Source: Alloascoidea hylecoeti (taxonomy: Eukaryota). Taken from it: 64,000 bases of DNA. The notes beneath the pieces were generated by a model. It had not been told where the DNA came from and made no database searches. It saw only the letters and a list, made by a program, of their open reading frames with translations. How positions within the stretch are numbered: position 1 is the stretch's first letter; the number at the start of each line of letters is the position of its first letter. Shown piece by piece: positions 33,044 through 45,285 of this stretch. Both the position numbers and the translations under genes were made by a program. The DNA lies in the NCBI GenBank assembly GCA_001600815.1, contig BCKZ01000007.1, positions 62,001-126,000 of the forward strand, read 5' to 3'.

Positions 33044-33498
33044 TATCAATCTATATTGTTTAATGTTTGAAATGAATATGATATGAAAAAAAAAAGATGG
33101 TGTTTTCTTTTTGTCTTTCTTTTTTTATATAAAATAAAAATTTTATTTATATTTTTTATTTATATTCACTCATTCCTTTTATAGCTTTATTAATGGTTTC
33201 ATATTAAATTTATGGTTTTAAGCATTAGGGGTTTGATGATAAGTTTAAGGAGCTGGTCACACACTACAAACTGAAAAAAAAATTAAATTAATTGTTCTTT
33301 TTTTTCATATTGTTTATTTCTAAGTTAAATATATTATTGGCTAATTATAAGAACGACGTTACGTTACCATAGCTATGCAAAATAATGCATCTGGTATCTT
33401 ACTTATTAAGCTTGGATACAAAATAATTTTTGGTAAGGTTAAATAAATATTTTGGAAATTTTACTTAAGCATGCATTTATTAAATTTAAATATTTTGG

Positions 33499-35511
33499 TT
33501 AAACATACATCAAATTTTTGTTTTTAATCACGGCGATATTCAAAAGATCATCAACTAGGAAATACTCTTCTCCCATATCATCATCATCTTCTTCTTCTTC
33601 ATCGATATCAAGATTATCAAATCCCCAACATTTGCATTTTCCTGTTTCCATGTCATATAATGCTAAATAAGGATAGTTCCAGTTTACATAGATATCGGGT
33701 TCCGGTATTCCAATCTTTAATCCTATTTTATTATTCCAAAAGTAAGCATCAACAAAAATATCGGAATAATCGTTTTCATTTTCATAATGATTATGAATTA
33801 AAAATAAAAGTTCCCAACTTTTCGCTTTTGAACTAAGGGCATTTTTATTAATAGAGTAATAGCTTCTGTTAATGAGATCAACATATTCTGGAAATATTGT
33901 GTTATCAACTTCAATGTTATTGAATTGTTTCACTGTAATATTTAATTCTTCATTGGTAGTGAGTTGGCATATGAATACCTCTAGTGGTATTGTAAGCATC
34001 ATAGTTCCAATCATTAGTTGTTTATTAACTTTTGATTCATTGTTATACCTATTATTAATGTTTTCTGATTCTTCAAGTTTTCTTCTCTTAATTTGAGTAT
34101 CACAAGTTGAATCTGGTCGCAATGAGTTGAAAAATCTCCTCTTTTTAATACTAGATGTTAAGAATACATTTGATCCATGTATATAAACCTTACAGGAGTC
34201 TTTATTATTTATCCAGAAAAATTCAGATTTATTTGTAGGTGATTCTTTATCTTTAGAACTGATATTTGAATCATAATTCTTTAAATCATTTTGAATCTCA
34301 TCAGTAATTAAATCATTTTGTATTTCATAATTTCCTAAATATTTCCCATTATTTGTATTAAAAACTGAATAATAAAAAGAAATTGTTTTTTTATTCGAAT
34401 CATTTGATTTGATAATTTTAATTGGAATTATAAAAATTTCATTTGATATTTGAAGTTTTGAAGAAAACTCAAAATAATCACCACATGAAATAAGATTTTC
34501 AAAAATATTACTTTTAATTGTTGATTCCCAAATTAATTTAAAATCAGATTTTAATGTATTTTGATCATTGGTTTTAAAATTTGGATTTTTATTAAATTTA
34601 TTAAGTTTATAACAACAAATTTTAAATTCTTTTTTAAAGCTAATACCATGTTTGGATATATCGGGGATTAATATTAAGTATTTACCATCGAAAAGACTTA
34701 TACCTCGAATAAGACTTAAAGTTTCAGAATGATGTTTGAAATCATCAAAAGTATCAGTTGTGTTTAAATTTAAAACAGTCAAGTCTAAGTTATAAGAAGG
34801 AGAAATAGTTTCTTCAATGGTGGCTTCTTCCCAATTCATTTCATTTAAGGGGCGATCAATTGTACCTGTTTGTTGTGGTAATGAAGCCATTAGTTGGTGA
34901 TATTTATTAGTTCCTAAAACATTTCCTCTTTTTTGTAAATCATGATCAGCAGGAATTAATTGTAAAGATAATTTATTCCGTTTAGGTTCTGAATCTTTGA
35001 AATTATTTAAAAGTTTACTAGTAGATTGTATTTGATTCCCATTAATATTTAATGAACTTTTAATATTCCAATGTGTTTGATAAATTTTTAACCTTAGAAG
35101 ATTTGAAAGGTTCTTAGAAAAATTATCATATTTATAACCATCATAAGAATAATCCCTCGGTAGTCTTGGTTTAATAACAGTATCTATATTTGGCAAGGAT
35201 ATAGTATTAAATTCCGGATGTTCAAATATATACTTATTGTCATGGTTATTTGCAACATTGAGGATTATTGGAGTTTGAAATTTTAAGTTATGTCTGATGT
35301 TATTGGTCTTTATTTCAATATCTTTTATTGAAGGATGTTTATTTCGTTCGGATATATAGAGTGAATTAAGACTGATATCTGATATAGTTGGATACTCATA
35401 TTTATTGTAAAGAGATTTATTTGATGAATGAAAATGATAGGAATCAAGTAGTGTTAGATTACTATCTATAAATTTGTAAATTTCTGGAGGAAGATCAACT
35501 ATTTGTGACAT
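33499..35511 (-). CDS. F-box protein with an unrecognised (possibly beta-rich) C-terminal region
   Basis: N-terminal IVDLPPEIYKFIDSNLTLLDSYHFHSSNKSLY is an F-box motif. The ORF is intact, 670 aa. Confidence 0.7.
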   Translation of the reverse strand: MSQIVDLPPEIYKFIDSNLTLLDSYHFHSSNKSLYNKYEYPTISDISLNSLYISERNKHPSIKDIEIKTNNIRHNLKFQTPIILNVANNHDNKYIFEHPEFNTISLPNIDTVIKPRLPRDYSYDGYKYDNFSKNLSNLLRLKIYQTHWNIKSSLNINGNQIQSTSKLLNNFKDSEPKRNKLSLQLIPADHDLQKRGNVLGTNKYHQLMASLPQQTGTIDRPLNEMNWEEATIEETISPSYNLDLTVLNLNTTDTFDDFKHHSETLSLIRGISLFDGKYLILIPDISKHGISFKKEFKICCYKLNKFNKNPNFKTNDQNTLKSDFKLIWESTIKSNIFENLISCGDYFEFSSKLQISNEIFIIPIKIIKSNDSNKKTISFYYSVFNTNNGKYLGNYEIQNDLITDEIQNDLKNYDSNISSKDKESPTNKSEFFWINNKDSCKVYIHGSNVFLTSSIKKRRFFNSLRPDSTCDTQIKRRKLEESENINNRYNNESKVNKQLMIGTMMLTIPLEVFICQLTTNEELNITVKQFNNIEVDNTIFPEYVDLINRSYYSINKNALSSKAKSWELLFLIHNHYENENDYSDIFVDAYFWNNKIGLKIGIPEPDIYVNWNYPYLALYDMETGKCKCWGFDNLDIDEEEEDDDDMGEEYFLVDDLLNIAVIKNKNLMYV

Positions 35512-38500
35512 TTTGTTTATTGTTGAAGAAAGGGAAGGTGGTTATACAGGAATGTTTGAATATTAATTGGTTGAATGAGGTTATTTTGAATGCCAATAGA
35601 TAGTATTTTTCTTTTTGGTCGTGGGGGCAAAATACTACTTTTACTTTAGTAGTGGAATTTACAAACTTGATGATATATTTTATACTTAGAATTTAGAAAC
35701 ATATTTATCAGATTATTATTCATCTCAAGAATAAGAAAAGATGGAAGAAGAAATGAGAAAAAAGAAAAGAGAATCAAAAGTTAAGATATCTTGAAGTGTT
35801 GATTGTAATCGCCAATTCTTTTCTCTCCTAAATGTGTTAAATAATTACACAGGATTTCTTGTATTGAGATCGAACATATAATACAATTCTTACTTCACCA
35901 AATCTATTTGAATCATAGATGTACACCGAAATTGAGAATAACTGTCTATTTCATACTTAATATTTACCATTAGTAACGTCACACGTTATTTTCATTGGAT
36001 TTTATAACTACTTCCAATTATATAATAATAAGAAAATTTTTTAAACCTTTAATCTGGGCAACTAAACCATAGATCTAGGAATTATATAAATACAAGTCTA
36101 AAATTTTAGCTGGTGATTAAGATCAGTTATATATCAAAGGAACTCACTTTTAAGTGGCACTTTATCCCAATAGTTGTCCCTATACTCAACAATAACAGAT
36201 ATCTAATTATATTTACAAATCTTAAACGAAACTCTTGGATGGGAGGAGGCGGCCATGCATAATGGGTCTTCTTTACTTTTGATTTTTGTCAGAGAACTTC
36301 ATTTGCAATATGAGAAAAACAAAGGAAAATAATGATATCAACCAGTTAGAATTAATAGTTCATCCTTAATATGTAAGTTTATAGCTTCACTTAATATAGT
36401 AGCTATCCATCTTTTAAACATACTTTTTTCGAATTCTTTGAAGTTTCATTTGTGATCCCATATTTATATGAAAGATATTCATATATATTTATAGAAGAAT
36501 AATTTTCAATTTTTAATTAAACCAATACTATTAAAGCTTTCATTCATTTAATTTATATTAATAGGTTCATATCAATGATATATCAAATCACATCCGTGAC
36601 TAAAGTTAGGTCCAATTGTTAAACAAAGATCGATCTAATAACTCCAAATTAGCAAGCTGCTGATAAAATCAATTAGATATATAATTATAGGAAAATTACC
36701 TTAAAAAGATATATAAATTCAAATTTTGAAAAGTTTTGGACCTAGTAAGTAAGGCGGGTTTATAATTGATAGGGTCTTTTAAAATCATTTTGAAATCATT
36801 TTGAAATCATTTTGAATTGATTTTTCAGCTATATAGTCTTTTGGATTTCATTTATTTCTTTTTATAAGTGAATATATACAACTATATAAGTTATTTATAA
36901 GATTTTATTTATAGAAGAAGTTAGTTATAAAAATATATATAGAAGAAGAAAAATATGTACTATATCTGAGTAACTCAGGTTGTACTGCTATATCTATAAG
37001 TTATAGGACCTACTTAAACACAACTTGAAAAATATTAATCGTCGTTTAAACCCCGCTATATATTCAAAAGAATCTATAGCCTGATGACACTTTATATACA
37101 AATTCATAAAAGCTTAAGTTATTTAAATTAAAACGAACGTTTCTTGAGAATATAAATATCATCATCGGACATGGAAGTAATTTTCTTTCTTTTTATAATA
37201 ATTATAATTAATGATATATTATCAATAGTTCTAATAATATATTCTTTTATTTAAAATTATTCTTGGCCATTGAACTATAAAAGGGATCGATTTTCCACTC
37301 GGAAATTGAAATTGAAAGTGAAGAATAAATGGGTCCGGACCTAAAGTTATCAATCTCCACATATGGATATATTTGCACTTCTATTTTTATTAAGTTCAGA
37401 CATTTGTATAATTTTTGATTGCATAATACCCATCAGATGATTCTTGGACACTTGGAATCAATTTTAGCTATCTCACAGTCCATGAAATTTACATTCATGC
37501 CATCTACTTTATTATATTCTCAGTCACAATTATTACTCAACGCTAAAGGGATTATAATTTACAGATAGCAGGATTTATCATTATACTCGTCTAAGATTCG
37601 AAAAACACATGTACAGTCCTATATATCTGCATTCACATTTAGATTTCCATTATAATTAATTACCAAGTTCACTTAGAGGATACTTCTAAAAAGCAAATCA
37701 AATAATGTTGAAAATCTAGATGAAAATGATAAAATGAAAATTGGAAATACATTGGAGCTCAGGTTGTTATAAAGTATATTTATACTCTAGATTTGTGTTT
37801 TCTGATTCTGTAGGTGTTATTCCTTTAGTATTAAGTTATTATAATTATGTTTACAATTATGTTCATAATCAAAAAAAGAAGCTTCTTAATTATAATATAT
37901 ATATTAAAAAAATTAACAATGAAATTAAACTTGACAATCAAAAATAGCATCGATATCTAGAATACTTAGCTCAGCTCAGCTCAGCTCAAGTCTGATTCTC
38001 ATTTTAATTTTGACATATGTGACACCATTAAGTTTATTTCACTTGCAGCTCGGCTACTAATTTATAACTGATATCATGGATGGATCCTTAATTGCAAAGA
38101 TATGAGTATGAAATTATATGAATGTACCATTGTATAGCCTAATTAATGAGGCATGCCTGCATATTACAATTGCTGAGGGCCGGTATGAATTAATTAGCTA
38201 TAAGATAGAATTATTATAAGTTTCTGTAATAATAACGACTCTGTAAGGTAAAATTATGGTATATGATTGAACTTGAATGACGGTTAAAACTTATATCTTA
38301 CTTGTAACTTACAACCTCATTTTAGTTGCCCGCAGAATATTAATTAATTTCCCCAAAATCATAAATCCTTAATCTCCAATAATTCCCAAAGACTCAATTG
38401 TTAGATGCAACTGTTATTGCACGTTAGGCTATTTATCATATAGCTATAGCTATATATAGTAATTATTTTGTAGCCAATTCCCCGTAAACGTTAGCTCGTA

Positions 38501-38799
38501 GTTCTATTCCATTTTATAATATCCTTCTATAAATATATATTTTAGAGCTGTAAATGGAATCATATTAGAATTTCCATAAAATTATTTAAAGGGATGACTT
38601 AAAGGATGATGAATATTCATTGTTTGCAAGATGAATAGATAAAAACATATGCACCGATGCATACTTCAAATAAGAGGAATATTTCTTAAACCAGGGAAAC
38701 TCATCAAACACATAAAATAAGAGTTTTCCCATTGTTTTCACACAGACTAGGGGTTGGCACACTCAAATAAAAGCTCAAGTGTTCACTAAAGCAACCACC

Positions 38800-39090
38800 A
38801 ATAACTTCTACCATTTCTCAATTGTATTTTGAAAGAGTTGTGGGTGTATAAGTGTGGAAATTGATCTGTTTGTTTTTCCGTCCTCTAGAAATCTACACCT
38901 AGGATGTATAAGCTTATGTCTCCGGATACTACTTGCTTCTAGCCATTCCGGCCTCCAAAATATCTAATTTTCCATAGTATTCTCTCGATTTATCTTTAGT
39001 TGAAAGTCATCTTGAGTAATATTTATTAACCTTGATCAAGTTATCTTCTGGAGGTGGTGGTGGTGTATCCATAGAGAAGACTTTAGTGTC
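38800..39090 (-). pseudogene. Decayed copy of the C-terminal part of the 14977-15789 HTH gene
   Basis: SMDTPPPPPEDNLIKVNKYYSR*LSTKDKSREYYGKLDILEAGMARSK*YPET*A aligns with SMDTAPPKEDNLLKLDEEYEKGFSNEDEAIEFYRKLDIVEAEKDKNKKYAETYA. At nucleotide level, acttatacacccacaactctttcaaaata matches acttaaacacccagagctctgtcaaaata. Confidence 0.85.
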
Positions 39091-40454
39091 ATGGTCATGA
39101 ATATTACTTCCTTCCTAATGATGGAACGATTTGCTCTTAATACATTTTTCACCAGACTTATAACTAAACCTGTATAATGAATTTTGTAGGCAAGATGTTA
39201 CATACACCAAATACCTTGAATCTTGCTTTGGTATATACACAAATGGTGGTTCAGCCCAAAGTAAAGGAAATGACGAAAGCAATTTTGATGTTGCAGATGA
39301 ATATCAAGATAGTGAAAATAATTATGAAACTAAAACTCATGAGGGTGCTTATCAAGATCAAGATAAATATATAGTCTATGGCAATCGAAGACGACGGTGA
39401 AACTGAAATTATTGAAGAATCTACTGAATTGAAAATGATACACATAAATTATTTAGAGGATTAAGAAACGAATGAAGCTTAAGTTAAATCAAAGAGTTTG
39501 GGGGACAAGCTCAAGGTGGTATCAGTGTTGAAAAGACAGATGCACTGGATCATGAAGATAGAAGGAAATAAAAGAATTCATGGGGTATACGCGTAGAAAA
39601 GGGCTGCTTGTGTATGAAAAGGATAAGAAAAGAATTAATAATTAATAATTAAACTAAATTGGTACAGGTAAAGACTGAGATTATGTTTACTGTAACATGC
39701 TAACTAAAAACTTAAGGTAAAAATTGCGTTCAAGATTAAATGAATTTTCATTTTGGATAAATTTACTTCAATTGAAATTTCTAACAAAAAAAACAATTTA
39801 TTTTTCAATTTTCAATAAGATTAATTATAAATATTTTATTTTTTTCCCTAAATTTTTAGTAAAATCATAAATAACAATATCACCATTCAGCTAATTTTTT
39901 TTGAATCTGATTCAATTTTTGTTGCAAATAATTTTAATTTTTTATGATTTTAAAATCTTTTAAATCATTTAATTTCCAAATTATAATTAAATATTCTATA
40001 GCAATATAAATTATCTTATCATCATTTATAAATAATATAAGTGGTCCTTTACCTGGTTTAAAATCTAATAAAATATTTATTTGAATTTTTTTTTAAACCT
40101 CGAAATGTTAATTTTGGTAGAACCTGAAAAATAATCAAGAACAAATAAATATTTATCATTTACTGCAACCCCCTGGCCTGTTAAACCACCACCATGATTT
40201 TTAAATGTTTAGATTTTTTTTCACCACTTTCAATATTCCATGATGTTATCAAACCCTCATCTCTATAGTATATAATACCATCATAAATACAAATACTAGT
40301 TTTCTGACTAGTGCTTCCTTTTTTATACTGTATTTTTAGTTGATCTAGATTATTAAGACTTAATTTCCAAACAAGAATAGAATAATAATAATTAGTACTA
40401 CATACAATATAATCATTATATAAAGCAAGACAATTTATAAGTGAAATAAGTAGG

Positions 40455-41010
40455 TTATTCTTTTGGACTCATCAATCTACGAATTGGATTAAAATCAGGT
40501 AATTTCCAAATGGTACAAGAATTATCAGATGAAGCAGAACCCAAATATTTATCATTAATATCAATATACATTACACCACCGAGATGAGATTTGATATTTT
40601 TTGTTAACATTATTTCATTTCTTGTTAAAACTTCAGGATCTCGTTCACCTAAAACTCTTATACATTGAAAAGTTTTATCATCCCAAATTTTTAATGTATA
40701 ATCTGCTGAACCAGTTATAACCCAATCTTTAAAAAATTTAACATGTAAAAGAATTATTACTACTTAATCTATGTTTTGTAAAATTATCGTTTTTCCAATT
40801 TGATTCTAAAAGACACAGTTCTTTGTATAATTCATACTATGAATCAGTTTCACCATCATAATTATGATATTTCCATGATATTTGTTAAATTTTGATCTCC
40901 ATATACTATCAATTTCAGCTATTTGTTTCCATGATTTAGATACTCTTCTACAAATTTGAAAAGATTATATGAGATATTTCATAGGGGAAGGTCGGGAAAC
41001 AGAATCCAAT
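40455..41010 (-). pseudogene. F-box/WD40 (Met30/Cdc4/beta-TrCP-like) pseudogene fragment
   Basis: PYEISHIIFSNL / CRRVSKSWKQIAEIDSIW (F-box), then *YELYKELCLLESNWKN, then WD repeats WVITGSADYTLKIWD..QCIRVL and HLGGVMYIDINDKYLGSASSDNSCTIWK. It has frameshifts and a stop, and ends after two WD repeats. Confidence 0.85.
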
Positions 41011-42608
41011 CTTTTGCGTAATTACATATTGTAATTGTTAAAACTGTTGTTGTTTATTTAGTTGTCACTAATATTCTAGTGTTTTCCAATATCAAATGAG
41101 AAGAGAAGAGAATAAATAAAGGTGTTGATATCTTTCATTGCTCTGCATATGGAGAAATGCTTAATCGCTGTATAGACCCAAATGTCTAATAATCTCTATT
41201 GAAGCAGGGTAACTAAATATGTGTCAGCACGGAAACTAATGTCGGGCCCTAGTAAGCGGCGAACCTAATTTTACATAGAAGGCGAATTTAGGAGCGAAAT
41301 TGGTTAAACCAAATGTGTTGTCACCCGGGTAACCTAATATTAATTTTTATGGTGCCAAAAATACGTACTCTAAAATAACGAAACCTCTCCTCTAAGAAGG
41401 CGAATTCATAGTGGAGAACTAGATTTGTGTTTTCACACACAACTTCCCCACAAGTGTTCTGGATATATCCATACTTTACTTTTTTAAGTATTATGAAGCT
41501 TAATATTCATTCTTTCAGATATTTAAATTGGTATGGAAACAATGATTTCTCAAAACGTCACCATAGAGAATAAGTCAGATTTATAACTATAATTCCCAGG
41601 GATAATTCTTCAGATTCTAATTTAATCAACAATCTTAAGTCATCAATTATAAGTGAAGAAGAAGTCGAAAAAAAGTAGCTGATTATGATCGTCATATTCA
41701 TGGTGTGATCCATTAATACATGCACTGTTTCACTAATACTCATTCAATAATACCCATTCACTAATACTATGTTATAATACAACTTCACTATGAAAGTTGA
41801 AATTTTGACTTGGGTTTCGAGGGTGATCAACCCAAATGTTCACGCAATCGAGCTCCCTTCGAAGAATTTCACCCAATAGACAGCCTAATCTGTAGCCGTG
41901 AATAATATGCAAACAGGTAGACAATGTTTCTAGAGAGGTGGTTGGATAAGCCATTCTATTCGGTTGCAATGGGTATGCCCATGAGTCTGGAATAAAATTA
42001 TTCGTTACCATGAAGAAATAATATTGGATCATAACGTAAATCACTAAGTAGAAATGTTTGGTAAGCAATTTATTATATGTTCGGCAGTAATATGTATAGA
42101 ATGTTTGTCAAATGGAATTGAATATTATGTTATACTAGATTCGTAATATTTACCTATTATGATCTTTATCTTTCTACGAGTCTTAATGATTGGAAGGACC
42201 TATTCATTTGGGATAAGTCTATCAAACTCTTTCCTCAATCCTTATACTTCCTACCCAAACTACTTTCATTACTGCGATACATTACAAGATGTAATTGGAA
42301 TACCGTTAATTTCTTCATTCAACTTATTGATCTAATCAATGATTACGAGAACAAGAAATTGACTTCTATAGATAAATAATGTCATTATGAGTGTACCTTA
42401 AAAGGTAACAGTTCAGGAATATTTCAATTGTCTTCATATAAAATTAATTCATAACATTAACATTCATCATACCCATCTGCACGATATTAAAGAAGGTAAT
42501 ATATAGTATTGTACATTTAAATTTAATTGCCAAAAAATTGTGTTGTTGATATGCTAATTTATTGAAGTAATAGACAAAATCTAAAAGGGAAAACATATTG
42601 ATAATTAA

Positions 42609-42962
42609 TTAAGCAGCTATAGTAACTTCAACATCCACACCAGGTTCAACAGTAACTTGTGTGATTTTCTTAACAGCTCTTGTTGTTGCTTGGATATCAA
42701 TAACACGTTTATGAATTCTCATTTCATAAGTTTCCCAAGTTTTTGAACCTTCACCATTTGGAGTTTTTCTTGTTGTAATTTTTAAAACTTTTGTTGGTAA
42801 TCTAACAGGTCCTTTTTTAAATAATTTAAATTCATCAGCGGATTTTATAATATTGGCAGAAATTGATTCAAGTTGTTTAACTTTGGTTGAAGTCAATGTG
42901 ATTCTGATTTTATGGGTGGCCTCCTGTTCAGCAGCACCGTCTTTTTCCTTGTTGAAACTCAT
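42609..42962 (-). CDS. RPS20: 40S ribosomal protein uS10 (S20), intronless
   Basis: [64 protein letters not shown]. Confidence 0.98.
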   Translation of the reverse strand: MSFNKEKDGAAEQEATHKIRITLTSTKVKQLESISANIIKSADEFKLFKKGPVRLPTKVLKITTRKTPNGEGSKTWETYEMRIHKRVIDIQATTRAVKKITQVTVEPGVDVEVTIAA

Positions 42963-43107
42963 GATGATTGATTTTTGGAGTCGTGATTGTTGGTTGGCAG
43001 TTTGGTATATTCCAACTAATGCACGTTGAGTTGTGTTCTGAAATATACTGCGTATGTGGTACTACTCAGGCCGCGTGACTGCTCTTCTCCAAACGGAAAC
43101 CTCATGT

Positions 43108-43115
43108 CCGGGTAA
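43108..43115. promoter_or_regulatory. Reb1-type site CCGGGTAA in the RPS20/RIM8 divergent promoter
   Basis: Exact match to the S. cerevisiae Reb1 consensus inside a GC-rich 226-bp intergenic gap. The same motif occurs at 4100-4107 and 41325-41332. Confidence 0.45.
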
Positions 43116-43188
43116 ACGCCGCCCGCCAGTGATTATGCACGCCAAGAAATTAGGAAGGCTTGGCAACAGTTTGGAAAGAGACCTCAAG

Positions 43189-44721
43189 ATGCCGCTCTTT
43201 GGCATGATGAAGCTGAGACCCTCCTTCAGCCCCGTCCGCCACGTCCTATCTTCGGGCCACCATACTAGACACCCAGTGACGGACTTCTATATACAGTTGG
43301 AGAACCCTCATCATATCTGGCAGCCCGGCGAGGAGATATCTGGTATGCATATTAAGATTTATTATTTGAAGACCGGAGATAATTATTTTGCTAACATCAA
43401 TACCATATGTTTAGGAAACACTATACTAGTAATACCCTATGACATAAAGAAACCTTCTCAGTTAACAGTAACTTTCACAGGCTCAATAGATATTAAACAA
43501 AATTTATTATCATCATGGCCAATATCAGATAAAAATATAAAATTAGTTAAATTATCGTTAAAATTATGGGATTCCACTTCAGCCACTGGTACTAATGGTG
43601 AAATTTTAAAAGCTGGTGAACATAGTTTCCCATTTATATTTACAATACCAAAGAAACAAATATATACATCAATTAGTTTTGAAAAAGGGCAAATTAATTA
43701 TTTATTAAATTGTAAATTTTTAATTTATTCAAATTCAAATTTAAACATTAATTTTATCACAAAATGTGAAAAAGAAATACAAATTATTAGTCAAATTGAT
43801 ATTGGAAAATTAAAAGATCCAATTCCATCAACGCTTTATATTAAAGTAAATAATGGAGGATTTAAAGGATCAAAGAAAGGTTTACAATTAACACAACAAA
43901 CATGTCCACGGTTATCATTCTCATCAGTCAGTACTTCTTCTTCTTCAAATACTAGATCTAATTATAGCTGTGCCACTTCTCTTAAAAGTGCAATTTCAAT
44001 ATCATCTTTGGATTCAAATTCAGTAGTTAAAATAATGGTTCAAACAGATAGTAGTGGTTATTTAAAAGGTGATGTCATCCCTGTTACAATTTCTATTATT
44101 CATTTTGCAAAAGTTAAAACTCCAAAAGTATTATATGTTACATTATCAAGAATATGTCGAATAAACAAAAACATTAAAGTTGAAGATACTTCAAAGAAAA
44201 ACTCAAGCTCTAACACATCACCGCATCCTACTATATCATTTAGAAAAGATATTTCACAAGTTATACGTACAATAACTTTTAATCCAATTACATTATCAGG
44301 AATTGTTAAAGTTAATTTACCAATACCTTCAGATTCATTTCCAACATTAATTGGTAATAAATTTGTCAGTTTTAAATATTATATTGAAGTTGTTGTTGAT
44401 CTTGGACTTACAAAAAATTTAATTTCTTTACCAAATATGACAGTAACTGATTTAAATGGATCAATATCAGATAGAATTTCTCAATCAAATATATCTAATA
44501 TTTCTGGTCATATTTCAAATCCCAATTTCAATTTCAATACGTTTGATCATGATAGTAGTTCACGCTCTCATGTATCTTCTCTATTATCTAATTACAATGA
44601 ATCATTTTTGGAGAATCGGAACTTTAATGAAGATAAAAAACCAATATTTACAATATCGACAGATGATGATCAATCATCTCAAATAAAAAAAATAATTGAA
44701 TTAGATAGTTTTTTATCATCA

Positions 44722-44754
<33 letters not shown>

Positions 44755-45285
44755 CAAAAAAATAATCATGAAATTAAAAAAATATTAACTTCTTCATCAT
44801 CATCTAAAAAATCATCAATTTATGATATAATTGATCAAACTAATGGTTTTATAAATACAGAAAATTTAAAAAAATCATCAACTAAAAAATCTATATTTGT
44901 TTTATGGAATGAAATTTTCATTGGTACAATAAATTCAAAAATTAATTCAAAATCAAAATCATCAAACATTAGAAATTTAAATAATAATAATAGTAATGAT
45001 TTATTATTTAATTCTAATAAAAGAACTATAAATACATCAACAAATTTAACAAGTTTGACACCAAGTATTATTTCTTCTGATATTGACAATTTTAGTTTTA
45101 TTAATAACAATATTTATAATAATAATAGTATTAATTACAATTACGATTCTAATATGAATCCTAATTCATTACAATTAATTTCATCATCAATTGATCATAT
45201 TAATGAAAAGGAACAATTAGAATTACAAAGACAACAATTATTAAATTTAGAATCTGAACCACCTGAATATTTGATTCTTCCTTGA
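43189..45285 (+). CDS. RIM8: Rim8/PalF arrestin-like pH-signalling protein; exons 43189-43342 and 43415-45285
   Basis: Motifs DFYIQLENPHHIWQPGEEISG, GEHSFPF, TSISFEKGQINY, GYLKGDVIPV, FRKDISQ, FKYYIEVVVDL and C-terminal EKEQL..LESEPPEY. There is a 72-nt intron GTATGC..TGCTAAC..TAG. The start at 43189 is inferred. Confidence 0.88.

Noticed and set aside
36775..36825. 11-bp tandem repeat (ttttgaaatca)x3; also (agctc)n near 37967, (ggattt)n near 26825, (tttagtaaata)x3 near 55256
   Set aside because: Ordinary micro/minisatellites with no spacers; not CRISPR-like or telomeric arrays.
35600..42600. Long AT-rich gene-free stretch as a centromere
   Set aside because: No CDEI-CDEII-CDEIII arrangement or long flanking inverted repeat was seen, and it contains pseudogene debris. 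A regional centromere cannot be judged from sequence alone.
43054..43188. N-terminal extension of RIM8 in the track (likewise extensions of FOX2 58114, MIC26 54171, 47228 and 58172)
   Set aside because: They run through promoter DNA, and most begin at GTG/TTG. Recognisable or plausible N-termini begin at downstream ATGs.
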